From a virus, in the IMG/VR virus record IMGVR_UViG_3300028844_007948, positions 64,001-128,000 of that record: a stretch of DNA of 64,000 nucleotides; one strand, 5' to 3'. The position numbers and the translations under genes were made by a program. The notes beneath the pieces are model-generated. The model saw only the letters and a list, made by a program, of their open reading frames with translations, had not been told where the DNA came from and did not search any database. This document shows positions 48,844 through 58,252 of this stretch, one piece after another (position 1 is the first letter of the stretch; each line of letters begins with the position of its first letter).

Positions 48844-49092
48844 ATGGATGATTTTGACCCAAATATAACTCACAACTTCAGCATCCCTAAAGAGTTTTTA
48901 AATCAGCTTTATGATTTTACTGGAGGTAAAGACGGTAATTCTGGCTTTGTATTAAGCTATGTCAACGACCAAGGCAAAGCCTTAGTTTTTTCCAAAGCTA
49001 GTTCTGAAATAGTAGAGATGGGACTGAGAAAGGCTCTTGAAAAATATCTAATGCAGATGGAAGAGGGCGAGATATCAATAGATTTATCTTAA
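48844..49092 (+). CDS. Hypothetical protein
   Basis: 82-aa acidic ORF. Confidence 0.7.
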   Translation: MDDFDPNITHNFSIPKEFLNQLYDFTGGKDGNSGFVLSYVNDQGKALVFSKASSEIVEMGLRKALEKYLMQMEEGEISIDLS

Positions 49093-49099
49093 TTTAATA

Positions 49100-49133
49100 T
49101 TGTTTTTTTTGTAAGTTTTAGTTAGCATATTGA
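49100..49133 (+). promoter_or_regulatory. Sigma70-like promoter, probably leaderless
   Basis: TTGTTT-17-TAGCAT, 5 nt, ATG 49134. Confidence 0.45.
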
Positions 49134-50654
49134 ATGCGTCTATATAATTATGAATTAGAACAGCACTTGTTGGGGGGGTTAATACAGAAGCCAGAAGAGT
49201 ATTATAAAATATCATCTTTTATATCTGAGAAGGATTTTTATTCGGATTCTACATCCATCCACAAAGCTATATTTATTGTTTTAAGGTCATCTATAGAAAA
49301 GAATGAATCTATAGATGAATACCTTTTATCTGAAAAGATAAAGTCATTAGGCTTATCTTTTGAAGAGGGGATTGAGCCCTTAGAGTATTTGCAAAGCTTA
49401 ACTCTTAGAAAGGTTTCGGCTAAATCTATAATGGACTCTGCGAAAGAGATTAAGACACTAACTCTTAAAAGGGACATTTCAGAAATTGGGGTTAATCTTC
49501 AATCCAGCATGACTAAATCTAGTCTTTCTTCCTACCAGGATATAATTGATAAGGCTGATTCTATATACAATAGTAAAATAAATTTTTATGAATCTGGTTC
49601 AGACATACCAGAAAATATTTATGAAAATATGGAGGACATGATTGAAGATAGGGGCGAAAACCCTGTAGATGATCATGGCTTAGAGGGGCCCCATCAAAGA
49701 CTTCATGAAATATATGGATCTCTTCTTAGGCCTGGTAACATAAGTGTTATTGTTGCTAGATCTGGAATAGGCAAAACACAATTTTGCATGGACTTCTGCA
49801 CAAAAGTTTCTTCTTTGAATAATAATGTTCCTATTTTACACTTTGATAATGGAGAAATGAGCATTGAAGAGCTGACGATGCGTCAGTGTGCGGCTCTATC
49901 TGGAGTTCCCTTGAATTTACTTGAAAGCGGTCGCTGGAGGAATGCAGGTGATGAAGTTGTCAATAAAGTTAGAAAAGTTTGGAAAAACTTAAAAGGAATG
50001 AAATTCTTTTATTATAATTGTGGCGGCATGTCTATAGATGAAATGGTAAATACTGTTAAAAGATTTTATTATTCAAATGTAGGAAGAGGGAATGAGATGA
50101 TTTTTAGTTTTGATTATATAAAAACTACATTTCAACCTTCTGGAAACAAAACAGAGTGGCAGGTTGTTGGTGAAATGGTGGATAGATTTAAGCGGCTTAT
50201 AGCTAAAGATTTAGTTTTTGATAAAAAGCCAGTTGTATCTATGCTAACAAGTGTACAAATGAATAGAGTTGGAACCAGTCGAAATAGAAGTTCTGAAAAT
50301 ATTATTGAAGATGAAACTGTAGTTTCTTTGTCGGATAGAATCACTCAGTTTTGTTCTCATATGTTTTTGTTGAGAAATAAAGAGCCTTCAGAAATTACAG
50401 AGGATTCGAACTTTGGAACGCATAAACTTACTAATATTAAAGCTCGGCACTTAGGTCAAGATCCAATGGGTGAAATCGAGCCAGTCAGAATGCCAGATGG
50501 ATCTTTAAAAAGAAATTATTTGAACTTAGATTTTAATAATTTTAATATAACAGAAAGGGGAGACTTAAGAGATTTAGTGGAGCACCTCAGGGTCGAAGGA
50601 ATGTCCCCCTCAGAAGATGGTGATAGTTCTTTACCAGATCTTTTCAATGAGTAA
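49134..50654 (+). CDS. dnaB: Replicative DNA helicase
   Basis: N-terminal DnaB domain (EQHLLGGL..DFY..HKAIF), ARSGIGKT, FDYI, QMNR, SDRI, KARH. Confidence 0.9.
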   Translation: MRLYNYELEQHLLGGLIQKPEEYYKISSFISEKDFYSDSTSIHKAIFIVLRSSIEKNESIDEYLLSEKIKSLGLSFEEGIEPLEYLQSLTLRKVSAKSIMDSAKEIKTLTLKRDISEIGVNLQSSMTKSSLSSYQDIIDKADSIYNSKINFYESGSDIPENIYENMEDMIEDRGENPVDDHGLEGPHQRLHEIYGSLLRPGNISVIVARSGIGKTQFCMDFCTKVSSLNNNVPILHFDNGEMSIEELTMRQCAALSGVPLNLLESGRWRNAGDEVVNKVRKVWKNLKGMKFFYYNCGGMSIDEMVNTVKRFYYSNVGRGNEMIFSFDYIKTTFQPSGNKTEWQVVGEMVDRFKRLIAKDLVFDKKPVVSMLTSVQMNRVGTSRNRSSENIIEDETVVSLSDRITQFCSHMFLLRNKEPSEITEDSNFGTHKLTNIKARHLGQDPMGEIEPVRMPDGSLKRNYLNLDFNNFNITERGDLRDLVEHLRVEGMSPSEDGDSSLPDLFNE

Positions 50655-51690
50655 TATTGATTATAAAAACACCTTAGAGTCTCTGGGGTATAAACTACTA
50701 GATAGGGGAGATTACTGGCAGACAAATGCTATATTCCGTGGAGGAGACAATAAAACCGCAATACAAATATATAAAGATTCTGGAGTATGGAAAGATTATG
50801 TAAATCAAACTCCATTTTTATCATTTAAAAAATTAGTTCAAGCGACTATTGGATCTAATGATGATGAATTGGTGGATTCTTTATTGAAAAAAGATATTAT
50901 CTTTAATAATCCTCATAGAAACAGCAACCAACCAAGAATTTCAATGGAAAAAACTTATAAAAAAGACTGCTTAGATAGACTGCTTCCCCATTATTCTTTT
51001 TACGAAGATAGGGGTATATCCGCTGATGCTCTTAAAAAATTTAAAGGAGGGCTCTGCACAGAAGGAAAAATGTACCAAAGGTTTGTATTTCCAATATTTA
51101 ATTTAAATGGAAAAATACATGGCTTCTCTGGTAGAGATATGGCTTCGCTTGAAAACAGACCCAAATGGAAACATATTGGATTGAAAAGTAAATGGATTTT
51201 CCCCCATCATATATCTTCAAAATATATAGAAGATTCTTCTGAGGTTATTTTAGTAGAAAGTATTGGTGACGTCTTAAGCTTGTATGAAAGAGGTTTTAAA
51301 AATATTCTATGTACTTTTGGTACCTTAATTTCCCCCACATTAATATCTTATATTGTTGGTATTAATCCTTCAAAAATAATATTAAGCCTTAATAATGATT
51401 TAAATTCTGAATTAAACGCTGGCCTAACTGGGTGTATAAAAAGTTTTTTTAAGTTAATTTCTTATGTAGATTATGAAAAAGTAATTATTTGCCTTCCTAA
51501 TCAAAATGACTTTGGAGAAATGTCCGAAAAAGATTATAATAAATGGGAATCAAAAAAAGAAAAGTTAATCAAATCATTTAATTATCAAAATATCATCAAT
51601 ACTGCTGAAAATATTTGCTCCAAATCAAAACAGCCTGATGTTTTTATAAAAAAAATTAAAAAATTTAAAAAAGAATTAAACAATGAGTGA
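50647..51690 (+). CDS. dnaG: DnaG-type DNA primase
   Basis: RFVFPI..GFSGR..PKW, TOPRIM LVESIGD, FGT, NDFGE; ATG at 50647. Confidence 0.85.
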   Translation: MSNIDYKNTLESLGYKLLDRGDYWQTNAIFRGGDNKTAIQIYKDSGVWKDYVNQTPFLSFKKLVQATIGSNDDELVDSLLKKDIIFNNPHRNSNQPRISMEKTYKKDCLDRLLPHYSFYEDRGISADALKKFKGGLCTEGKMYQRFVFPIFNLNGKIHGFSGRDMASLENRPKWKHIGLKSKWIFPHHISSKYIEDSSEVILVESIGDVLSLYERGFKNILCTFGTLISPTLISYIVGINPSKIILSLNNDLNSELNAGLTGCIKSFFKLISYVDYEKVIICLPNQNDFGEMSEKDYNKWESKKEKLIKSFNYQNIINTAENICSKSKQPDVFIKKIKKFKKELNNE

Positions 51691-52747
51691 TGTCATATTA
51701 TCTGCAAGTAAAATAAAGACAGCACAAAGTTGTTCCTGGAAATATTGGACATCTTATGTTCTTAAATTGCCTCAATCTACAAACGATGGTGCTAGCAGGG
51801 GTTGGATATGCCATTTGGTTTGCGAGCTTCTTGGCTTTAAAAAGCATAAAAAGCATTACAATCTAATTATTAAATCTGGTTCGATTCATGCCTCTAAGGC
51901 TGTGTCTAAATTAGTCTCACATCATGCTCGAAAGCTAGAAGTATCTGATGATGATAATATGGAATTGATTGATATGATGACCGTAAAAGCTCTCTTACAT
52001 GATTTTTTTGGAAAAGAAAAGGGTAGAACTACAGATTCTATATCCGAACATGAATTTAATATTTCTGTGGATGAAGGTGGAAAGAATTATAAAATTAGAG
52101 GTTTTATAGATAAGCTTTTTTTATACGATAGAGGTAAAGATGCTTTAATTAGAGATTTTAAAACAAGTAAACAAGTTTTTAAAGGCAAAGAAATCACAGA
52201 CAATCTCCAAAATTTGATGTATTGCCTAGCCGTCAAAAAAACATTTCCCAAAGTTAAAAATGTAGAGGTTGAATTTCTATTTTTAAAATTTGATTTAAGT
52301 TCTGATTTGCTTGGTCAAAAAGGAAGTGGAGTGCTGTCTATGGAGGTTATAAGCAAAGAAGAATTAGAGGGTTTTGAGTATCAACTTACATCCATACAAG
52401 AATATCTAGAAAATTTTGATGAAGAATGTGCAAAAAGTGATTTTGCTGCAAACAGAAACTATCCTTCTGATGGTACTTTTGGCGGACCATTAATGTGTGG
52501 CAAAGAGGGGTATAAAAAATCAAGAGGTGAATTAGTTTTAGACTCTCAAGGAAACAAGATAAAGAACTTTATATGTGAACATAGACTTCCCTTTGATTAC
52601 TATGAACATAGAGATTGTGATGGTAAAATTATAAAATGCTATAAAGACAAACCCTCTTTTGTTTTAAATGATGGGGAAGAATTAACTCTTAAACATTACT
52701 CTGGTTGCCCTCATTTTGACAAAGGCAATTCTTCTTTTTTGGTGTAA
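51683..52747 (+). CDS. PD-(D/E)xK nuclease (RecB/Cas4-like exonuclease)
   Basis: LSASKIK...C, GWICH, EHEF, RGFIDKL, DFKTSK, QxxxY, C-terminal Cys residues. Confidence 0.85.
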   Translation: MSDVILSASKIKTAQSCSWKYWTSYVLKLPQSTNDGASRGWICHLVCELLGFKKHKKHYNLIIKSGSIHASKAVSKLVSHHARKLEVSDDDNMELIDMMTVKALLHDFFGKEKGRTTDSISEHEFNISVDEGGKNYKIRGFIDKLFLYDRGKDALIRDFKTSKQVFKGKEITDNLQNLMYCLAVKKTFPKVKNVEVEFLFLKFDLSSDLLGQKGSGVLSMEVISKEELEGFEYQLTSIQEYLENFDEECAKSDFAANRNYPSDGTFGGPLMCGKEGYKKSRGELVLDSQGNKIKNFICEHRLPFDYYEHRDCDGKIIKCYKDKPSFVLNDGEELTLKHYSGCPHFDKGNSSFLV

Positions 52748-52755
52748 ATTAAATT
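52742..52755 (+). promoter_or_regulatory. GTGTA-type promoter motif overlapping the upstream Val-stop
   Basis: GTGTA at 52742-52746, 9 nt, ATG 52756. Confidence 0.6.
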
Positions 52756-52890
52756 ATGGCGATCCTGAAAAATAAAAAAACAAACGAACTGGTATTTGTA
52801 AAAGGTCAATTATTGTTGAAAAAAAAGAATAGAAAAATAGATTTTTACGCAAAAGAAAAGGGAGCTAACCCACGCGAAACAGGAGGTTGA
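52756..52890 (+). CDS. Small basic protein, 44 aa (not in the ORF track)
   Basis: MAILKNKKTNELVFVKGQLLLKKKNRKIDFYAKEKGANPRETGG*; follows the GTGTA motif and abuts the next ATG. Confidence 0.55.
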   Translation: MAILKNKKTNELVFVKGQLLLKKKNRKIDFYAKEKGANPRETGG

Positions 52891-52891
52891 T

Positions 52892-54730
52892 ATGGGTAGA
52901 CCTATTTGGCCAAAACAGTTCTCTCCGAGTAAAGCCAAGGTCTTTGGTGAAAGGCCTGGTCGTGCCATATGGCAAGGTAGAGCTCAAGTAATAGAGTCAT
53001 CTTCTCCTTTCAGTAACTCTTACACATCAAGAGTTTTTGTAAATAAATACGGTCAAAAAAGATATGAGAATTCAGATAGGTTAAGCTTTCCAGTAGATTC
53101 AAATATAATGACACCGACATTGGTTCGTTATCCAGCTAAAGACTTTAATGATTTTGGATTTTTCAATGGCTTCCCTTTTCTACTAAACGAAACCTGCGAG
53201 CACTTAAATTTTGGCAATAATTTTGTTATAGATGATAAAGGAGCCGTAACAGATTTAGGAAAGGGCTTTTCTGATAGATCCTTGACTGGCATACCAGTTG
53301 ACGACTATTCTGCTGTAAGTGTACTTGGAGGGGGTTATGATTTAAATAAGAATAAAGGATATTTTTCTCCTAATCTTAAAGGTGTGCATAGAAGGGCTGC
53401 AGCTGTAAATCATTATTGGAATTTAGCAGCTATAGAGACTGATTTCATCATACAAACTAGAAGAATTCCAGATGGCTATGTAACTGGTTACTCTAAAAAC
53501 GTAGACTATGACAGTGATGAAGGGATTCAATATGTTACAGAAGATTATGAAGTGGTAGAGTCTTATACTGATAAAGCCTATTTACCACAATTAAGACAAT
53601 ATATAGATCCAAGCGGCTCTTTTGACCAAACAGATGGAGTCAATAATTGTACGATAGATCCTGAAACTAGATTATTTCAAGGTAGTGGAGAAAATTATTC
53701 TTCAATGTTTTTTCTTGGTCAAGACACTGGGCATTATGCAGACTTTTTTATACCCTTTAGTATTCAGCCAAATAATACTGGAGCTTATACAATATGTTTT
53801 GACGAAGATGTCGCCACCCATCTCGAATCTCAACCCGAATGGGGTCCAGCAAAAGCATTTAATTGTAATGTTTCTCTAGATTTTAATACTAAAGATCGTG
53901 ACCACGAAGGTTTTGCAGGATCGAATGTAGAGTATCATTGTTTTCCTCATAGAGCTTATATCGTTCCAGCGAAAGATTGGGAATTCACCGTTCTTGGTTC
54001 AAAAGTCAAAGGGGTCTACTACACATATGCCCAATCTGAGCTTCTCAGATATCCTGGAGATCAATCTATAACACTAAATTATAGGCCTTGGTATCAAGAC
54101 ATTCATTTCACTTACTCAAACTATGCTCCTGATAGGCTAGGGGGTGGACCTATTGAATATAACTTATTGCCCACCACTCATATTCCTTTTGATTCTGCTG
54201 CTGGAGGTCCAGAAGATAAAACCTATTGCTATAAGTTTTCCTGTAATTCAAGGTTCAGCTTTTTAACTCCTACCATTAGTCAAGATGCAGGATTATCTGA
54301 GTTTAGGCAAACCTATAATGGAGCTGGAAAATATTCAATTTTTGGAACGGATCTTGAGTTTTATTGTGGTGGTCCGAGGCCAGAATTAGTTCTTGAAGAC
54401 AGTTTAATATCAAGATTTTACGATAGTAAATATGATAATTTAGTTTATAGACAAGAGAATAAATCTGTTTATCATTCATCAGAAATAGCAAAACTTTATT
54501 ATAATTTAAGGAACACAGAAACAGCTGATAATAAAAATTTAAGAAAGTTAAAAAACCAATCAAACACACTCATCACAAAAGAAGTTGTTAGCAGAACTAT
54601 AAAAAGAAAAACTAGAGATTATACATTTTTTAGTGATTCTTTAGCTAATAGTGCTACAACAAAACGCATTCCATTACAAGCTAGTTTTCTTGATTTCCCT
54701 GATGCAGATAGTGTTGTTTATGCGGATTAA
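52892..54730 (+). CDS. Hypothetical protein, possibly virion-associated
   Basis: 612-aa aromatic-rich ORF with no motif I recognise. Confidence 0.6.
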   Translation: MGRPIWPKQFSPSKAKVFGERPGRAIWQGRAQVIESSSPFSNSYTSRVFVNKYGQKRYENSDRLSFPVDSNIMTPTLVRYPAKDFNDFGFFNGFPFLLNETCEHLNFGNNFVIDDKGAVTDLGKGFSDRSLTGIPVDDYSAVSVLGGGYDLNKNKGYFSPNLKGVHRRAAAVNHYWNLAAIETDFIIQTRRIPDGYVTGYSKNVDYDSDEGIQYVTEDYEVVESYTDKAYLPQLRQYIDPSGSFDQTDGVNNCTIDPETRLFQGSGENYSSMFFLGQDTGHYADFFIPFSIQPNNTGAYTICFDEDVATHLESQPEWGPAKAFNCNVSLDFNTKDRDHEGFAGSNVEYHCFPHRAYIVPAKDWEFTVLGSKVKGVYYTYAQSELLRYPGDQSITLNYRPWYQDIHFTYSNYAPDRLGGGPIEYNLLPTTHIPFDSAAGGPEDKTYCYKFSCNSRFSFLTPTISQDAGLSEFRQTYNGAGKYSIFGTDLEFYCGGPRPELVLEDSLISRFYDSKYDNLVYRQENKSVYHSSEIAKLYYNLRNTETADNKNLRKLKNQSNTLITKEVVSRTIKRKTRDYTFFSDSLANSATTKRIPLQASFLDFPDADSVVYAD

Positions 54731-54747
54731 AAGAAAGGCTTAAAAAA

Positions 54748-56712
54748 ATGGTTAGTAATATTTATCCTCCAAGTAGCGGTTATCCAAGGCCTAGCTTTAG
54801 CCCTAAATCTCCTTCTTCTCCAGGTAGTATCCCTTCTTCCTTTGGTGGAGCTGGAACTGGTTCTGGTGGAGTTTCTACTCCTAGTGGAGATACAGCTATT
54901 GGCGCTGGAGGCTCTGATATGTCTAGTGGGTCCCCTTCCAATATGGGCACTCCTCGCCCCCCATCCGTTGGCGGTGAGGGCTTTACATCTTTTGGTGGGG
55001 GTGGGTCTATAGGAAGTCCTGTCTCAGGAACAGAAAGTGGTTCTAGTTCTCCTATCAATCGTCCATCCACATCTCCTAGTTCTACCCAGAATTCTGGCGG
55101 GCCACCACCTTCTCAAAATAGTGAGCCGCCACCCAAGTTCCCTGGCTCAAGAGCTACCCCAGGGAAACCTAGTGGCACTTCTAAAGGTCCTGGTGCTACA
55201 CCTTCTTCCAACGGATTAGGTCAAAACATGGGCTCTAATATAGGTGTTCCTCCACCACCCTCAGGTTCAACAAGCGGTACTGGTGTAGGTAATGGTAATA
55301 GCAGCTCAACAACTCCCACTCCAGGCTCAAACACTGGCACTGGAGGCGGTTTACAACAGAAACAAAGAACTGGAGCTGGTACAGGATCAGTCTACGTTCC
55401 CCCAAAAGAAACACAAGAAACTAGTTCAAAACAGGAACAGGAAAATTCGGGCAAAAAAAGTGCGGAAGAAATCCAAAAATCAGTTCCGTCACCTAATGGC
55501 AACTCAACTAATCCGCCAAAAATAATTAAGCCCCCTAATAAGACGGGAAATACAAATACAGACGATCAAATCAATAATGCCACAAAGAATTCTAAAGGTT
55601 CTACAGAAGGTTCTGACGGCGCTGATTCAGAACAAGGAAGATCGAGAGGTGATATAGAGAATATAAATAACGCTGCAAATGAAGCTCAAAAAGATGCTAA
55701 AAATAACCCAAAAACAGATTGCAAAGATTGTGGCACACCGAAAGGTCCTGGAGAGATAGATGAAGAAGTTGTAGATGGTGTCAATGATATTGCAGATGGA
55801 GATCAAGATATAAACACCGACTCTGAATCAGGAGAAATTATCGTTCCTGGAACAGATCAATTAGATGATGAAAATTCAGATGGAGTAACGACTCCAGAAG
55901 AAACTCCAGATTTTATTGAGCCATGGGAGTCTTTGGAGTCTAACGAGGATCTTAAGAATTTAAGCTTTACTTATGGAAACAATTATAGTAAGAAAAAAAA
56001 GAATCCAGAGGATGTTTATGGGGGTTATTTTAGCGAATATGCCGATACAGTGGATTCTGTAGCAGATACTGCCCTTGGCGCAGGTAGTGATTTTAGACAA
56101 AATCCAAACGAATCTTTGGCAGATTCTCTTTTTAGATGGCAGCAAGACCCTAACAGAGATTATGATCCAAGTGGGAAAGCCGATTGGGTCGTCACAGGAA
56201 GGGGTAGTATGCAGAGTTATTTGCACACTAAAGGTTATAATACTTATGGCGCGCAGAATGATTTTGGAAATGATAGTGCTACTGGGCCAGCTTTCGGACT
56301 CAAAGATAGCAAAACAACTTCTAGTAACAATGTTAATCTGATAAATGCAGAGCTAGCGTTTGGTGCCAGAAATATGGGGGATAATGGGGACCTGCAAGGT
56401 ATGAGTGCTAGTTTAGCATACGCAGGTCCTATTGGGGCAGGTTCCAGTGATTTTAGTGACTTTGCAGGAATTCAGCCTAGTTACAGTGCTTCTGTAGCAT
56501 TCAGTGTTAGCTCGAAAGATCTCAGCCCCTTAAATGCACCAGGAAAGTTAATTGATGCTGCTGTTGATCTCACCACTCAATTGGGAAGTCAAGTATCCAG
56601 TAATTTTAGAAACAAAGGGGCTATTGAAGCAGCGGGAGACTTAGCAAAAGGATCTCTTAAAGCCGCAGGGAAAATAGGTCTGGGTCTTTTGGCTGGAGGC
56701 TGGGAGTTTTAA
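54748..56712 (+). CDS. Ser/Gly/Pro/Thr-rich low-complexity (mucin-like) protein
   Basis: N-terminal 300 aa or so dominated by S/G/P/T; acidic middle; Gly/Ala-rich C-terminus ending GWEF. Confidence 0.65.
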   Translation: MVSNIYPPSSGYPRPSFSPKSPSSPGSIPSSFGGAGTGSGGVSTPSGDTAIGAGGSDMSSGSPSNMGTPRPPSVGGEGFTSFGGGGSIGSPVSGTESGSSSPINRPSTSPSSTQNSGGPPPSQNSEPPPKFPGSRATPGKPSGTSKGPGATPSSNGLGQNMGSNIGVPPPPSGSTSGTGVGNGNSSSTTPTPGSNTGTGGGLQQKQRTGAGTGSVYVPPKETQETSSKQEQENSGKKSAEEIQKSVPSPNGNSTNPPKIIKPPNKTGNTNTDDQINNATKNSKGSTEGSDGADSEQGRSRGDIENINNAANEAQKDAKNNPKTDCKDCGTPKGPGEIDEEVVDGVNDIADGDQDINTDSESGEIIVPGTDQLDDENSDGVTTPEETPDFIEPWESLESNEDLKNLSFTYGNNYSKKKKNPEDVYGGYFSEYADTVDSVADTALGAGSDFRQNPNESLADSLFRWQQDPNRDYDPSGKADWVVTGRGSMQSYLHTKGYNTYGAQNDFGNDSATGPAFGLKDSKTTSSNNVNLINAELAFGARNMGDNGDLQGMSASLAYAGPIGAGSSDFSDFAGIQPSYSASVAFSVSSKDLSPLNAPGKLIDAAVDLTTQLGSQVSSNFRNKGAIEAAGDLAKGSLKAAGKIGLGLLAGGWEF

Positions 56713-56722
56713 TCTAGCAAGT

Positions 56723-56986
56723 ATGCGCAAAAGGGTTAAAGCTTCTATTGATCTAAGGTTAAATTCAGATTCTATTAGCTCTGTAGATTTATTAGAAAAA
56801 TTTCTTGATCCAGAAAATAGGTTTAATTCTTTTATACCTTTTAATTGTAATGGTAGGTCAAATCCCCCTCAGAAAATAGATGTTGGCTCAGAGCTTCCTA
56901 TAGACACGGATGTAAATACTAATTTTGAAAATAGTTTTAGGATATTTGAAAGATATAAGATAAAGAAAAAGAAGAAAGAAGAATAA
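56723..56986 (+). CDS. Hypothetical protein
   Basis: 87-aa ORF with basic termini. Confidence 0.6.
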   Translation: MRKRVKASIDLRLNSDSISSVDLLEKFLDPENRFNSFIPFNCNGRSNPPQKIDVGSELPIDTDVNTNFENSFRIFERYKIKKKKKEE

Positions 56987-56987
56987 A

Positions 56988-58214
56988 ATGAAATATTTTT
57001 TACTTAGCTCTGCATTGTCTCTTTCAGCGATAGCTGCTTATTTTAGCATAATTGGTTTGTCTACTATTTTTCCAGGTTCAATAGTTTCTATTGTGGTGAT
57101 GGCTGTAGCATTAGAGGTTGCTAAAATAGTTGTCGCTGTCTGGGCTCACCAAAATTGGAAAAAGATATCAATCTTAACTAGGGCTTATTTGTCTTTTTCG
57201 GTCTTTATTCTTATGGCAATAACGAGTGCAGGAATCTTTGGTTTCTTAAGTAAATCTCACATTGAACATTCTTCAAGTGTTTCTTTTGCAGAGCAAAACA
57301 TAAAAGAAATAGATAGAAAAATATTACTAGAAGAAGAGTCTATAGATCGTCAAAAATCTTTTATAATAGAAAAAAAGTCAGTACAAAAATTTTCAGAAGA
57401 TAAAAATTCAAAAATTATAGAACAGCTTTCGGCAAATATTGAGTTGATATATTCTAGGTTAGATGAAGATATAAAAGAATTAAATTCAAAAATTGATAAG
57501 CATCAGTCTAGATTAATTTTTATGGATGAGCAGCTTCAAGATCTAAGAAATCAAAAAACAGGCTTTTTCTCTAGTAACTCAAAAAAAATAAAAGACTTAG
57601 AGGTTTCTCAGTTAGAGGAAAGAGAATACATTAGCTCTCAACTAAAAATTTTAAATGATTCTATTATTGAATTAAGGAGATCTTCAACTATCAAAGTTGA
57701 CGATATTAATAACGAAATAAGATCTTTACAAAACTCAAAAATAGAAATCGATCAAACAGATCTTGATTTAATATCGACGTATGAGTCTAAGATTAAAGAT
57801 AGCCTGTCTAATATAGAAGTTTTAAATTTAGAAAAATTTAAATTAGAAAGTGACAACCTCAAAATAGAGAACGAACTTGGTCCAGTTAAATATATAGCTG
57901 AATTAATTAAAGACTTTGGTGGGCCAAATTTAAATACTGCTGGATCTATAAGGCTTGTTATAATCTTTATAGTTTGTGTTTTTGACCCTTTAGCTATTGT
58001 AATGGTTATATGTGCTTCTAATTCTTTTAAAAAGAAAAATAAAACCAAAGAGGTTGAGGTGAAAAAAGAAAGCCTTGAAGAAGAAATGTTAAGGCTTGTG
58101 CCTGAGACAGCAAAGGAACCTAAAGCCACAGAGAAACCTAAAGCCACAGAGAAACCTGATGATTTTATTGAGAAAAACGGCTTTATATACAAAGTCCCTA
58201 AAAATAAAAAATAA
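56988..58214 (+). CDS. Membrane-anchored coiled-coil protein
   Basis: Three N-terminal TMs (AAYFSIIGL, LEVAK, ITSAGIFGFLSKSH), long coiled coil, GPVKYIAE, C-terminal TM VFDPLAI. Confidence 0.75.
   Translation: MKYFLLSSALSLSAIAAYFSIIGLSTIFPGSIVSIVVMAVALEVAKIVVAVWAHQNWKKISILTRAYLSFSVFILMAITSAGIFGFLSKSHIEHSSSVSFAEQNIKEIDRKILLEEESIDRQKSFIIEKKSVQKFSEDKNSKIIEQLSANIELIYSRLDEDIKELNSKIDKHQSRLIFMDEQLQDLRNQKTGFFSSNSKKIKDLEVSQLEEREYISSQLKILNDSIIELRRSSTIKVDDINNEIRSLQNSKIEIDQTDLDLISTYESKIKDSLSNIEVLNLEKFKLESDNLKIENELGPVKYIAELIKDFGGPNLNTAGSIRLVIIFIVCVFDPLAIVMVICASNSFKKKNKTKEVEVKKESLEEEMLRLVPETAKEPKATEKPKATEKPDDFIEKNGFIYKVPKNKK
58117..58157 (+). repeat. 18-nt tandem repeat (KPKATE), about 2.3 copies
   Basis: AACCTAAAGCCACAGAGA twice, then AACCT. 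Confidence 0.85.
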
Positions 58215-58217
58215 AAC

Positions 58218-58252
58218 TTGTTTTTTCGGCCTACCGATGCATGCTATAATGC
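58218..58252 (+). promoter_or_regulatory. Sigma70-like promoter, probably leaderless
   Basis: TTGTTT-16-CATGCT, 7 nt, ATG 58253; an overlapping TGCTATAAT is also present. Confidence 0.45.

Noticed and set aside
48833-48847. NrdR-box-like ACACTATAAATATG
   Set aside because: Partial single match, not next to nrd genes, and better explained as the arm of the 11-bp inverted repeat.
56680-56712. Outer-membrane beta-signal (C-terminal WEF)
   Set aside because: No N-terminal signal peptide and too few clear barrel strands.
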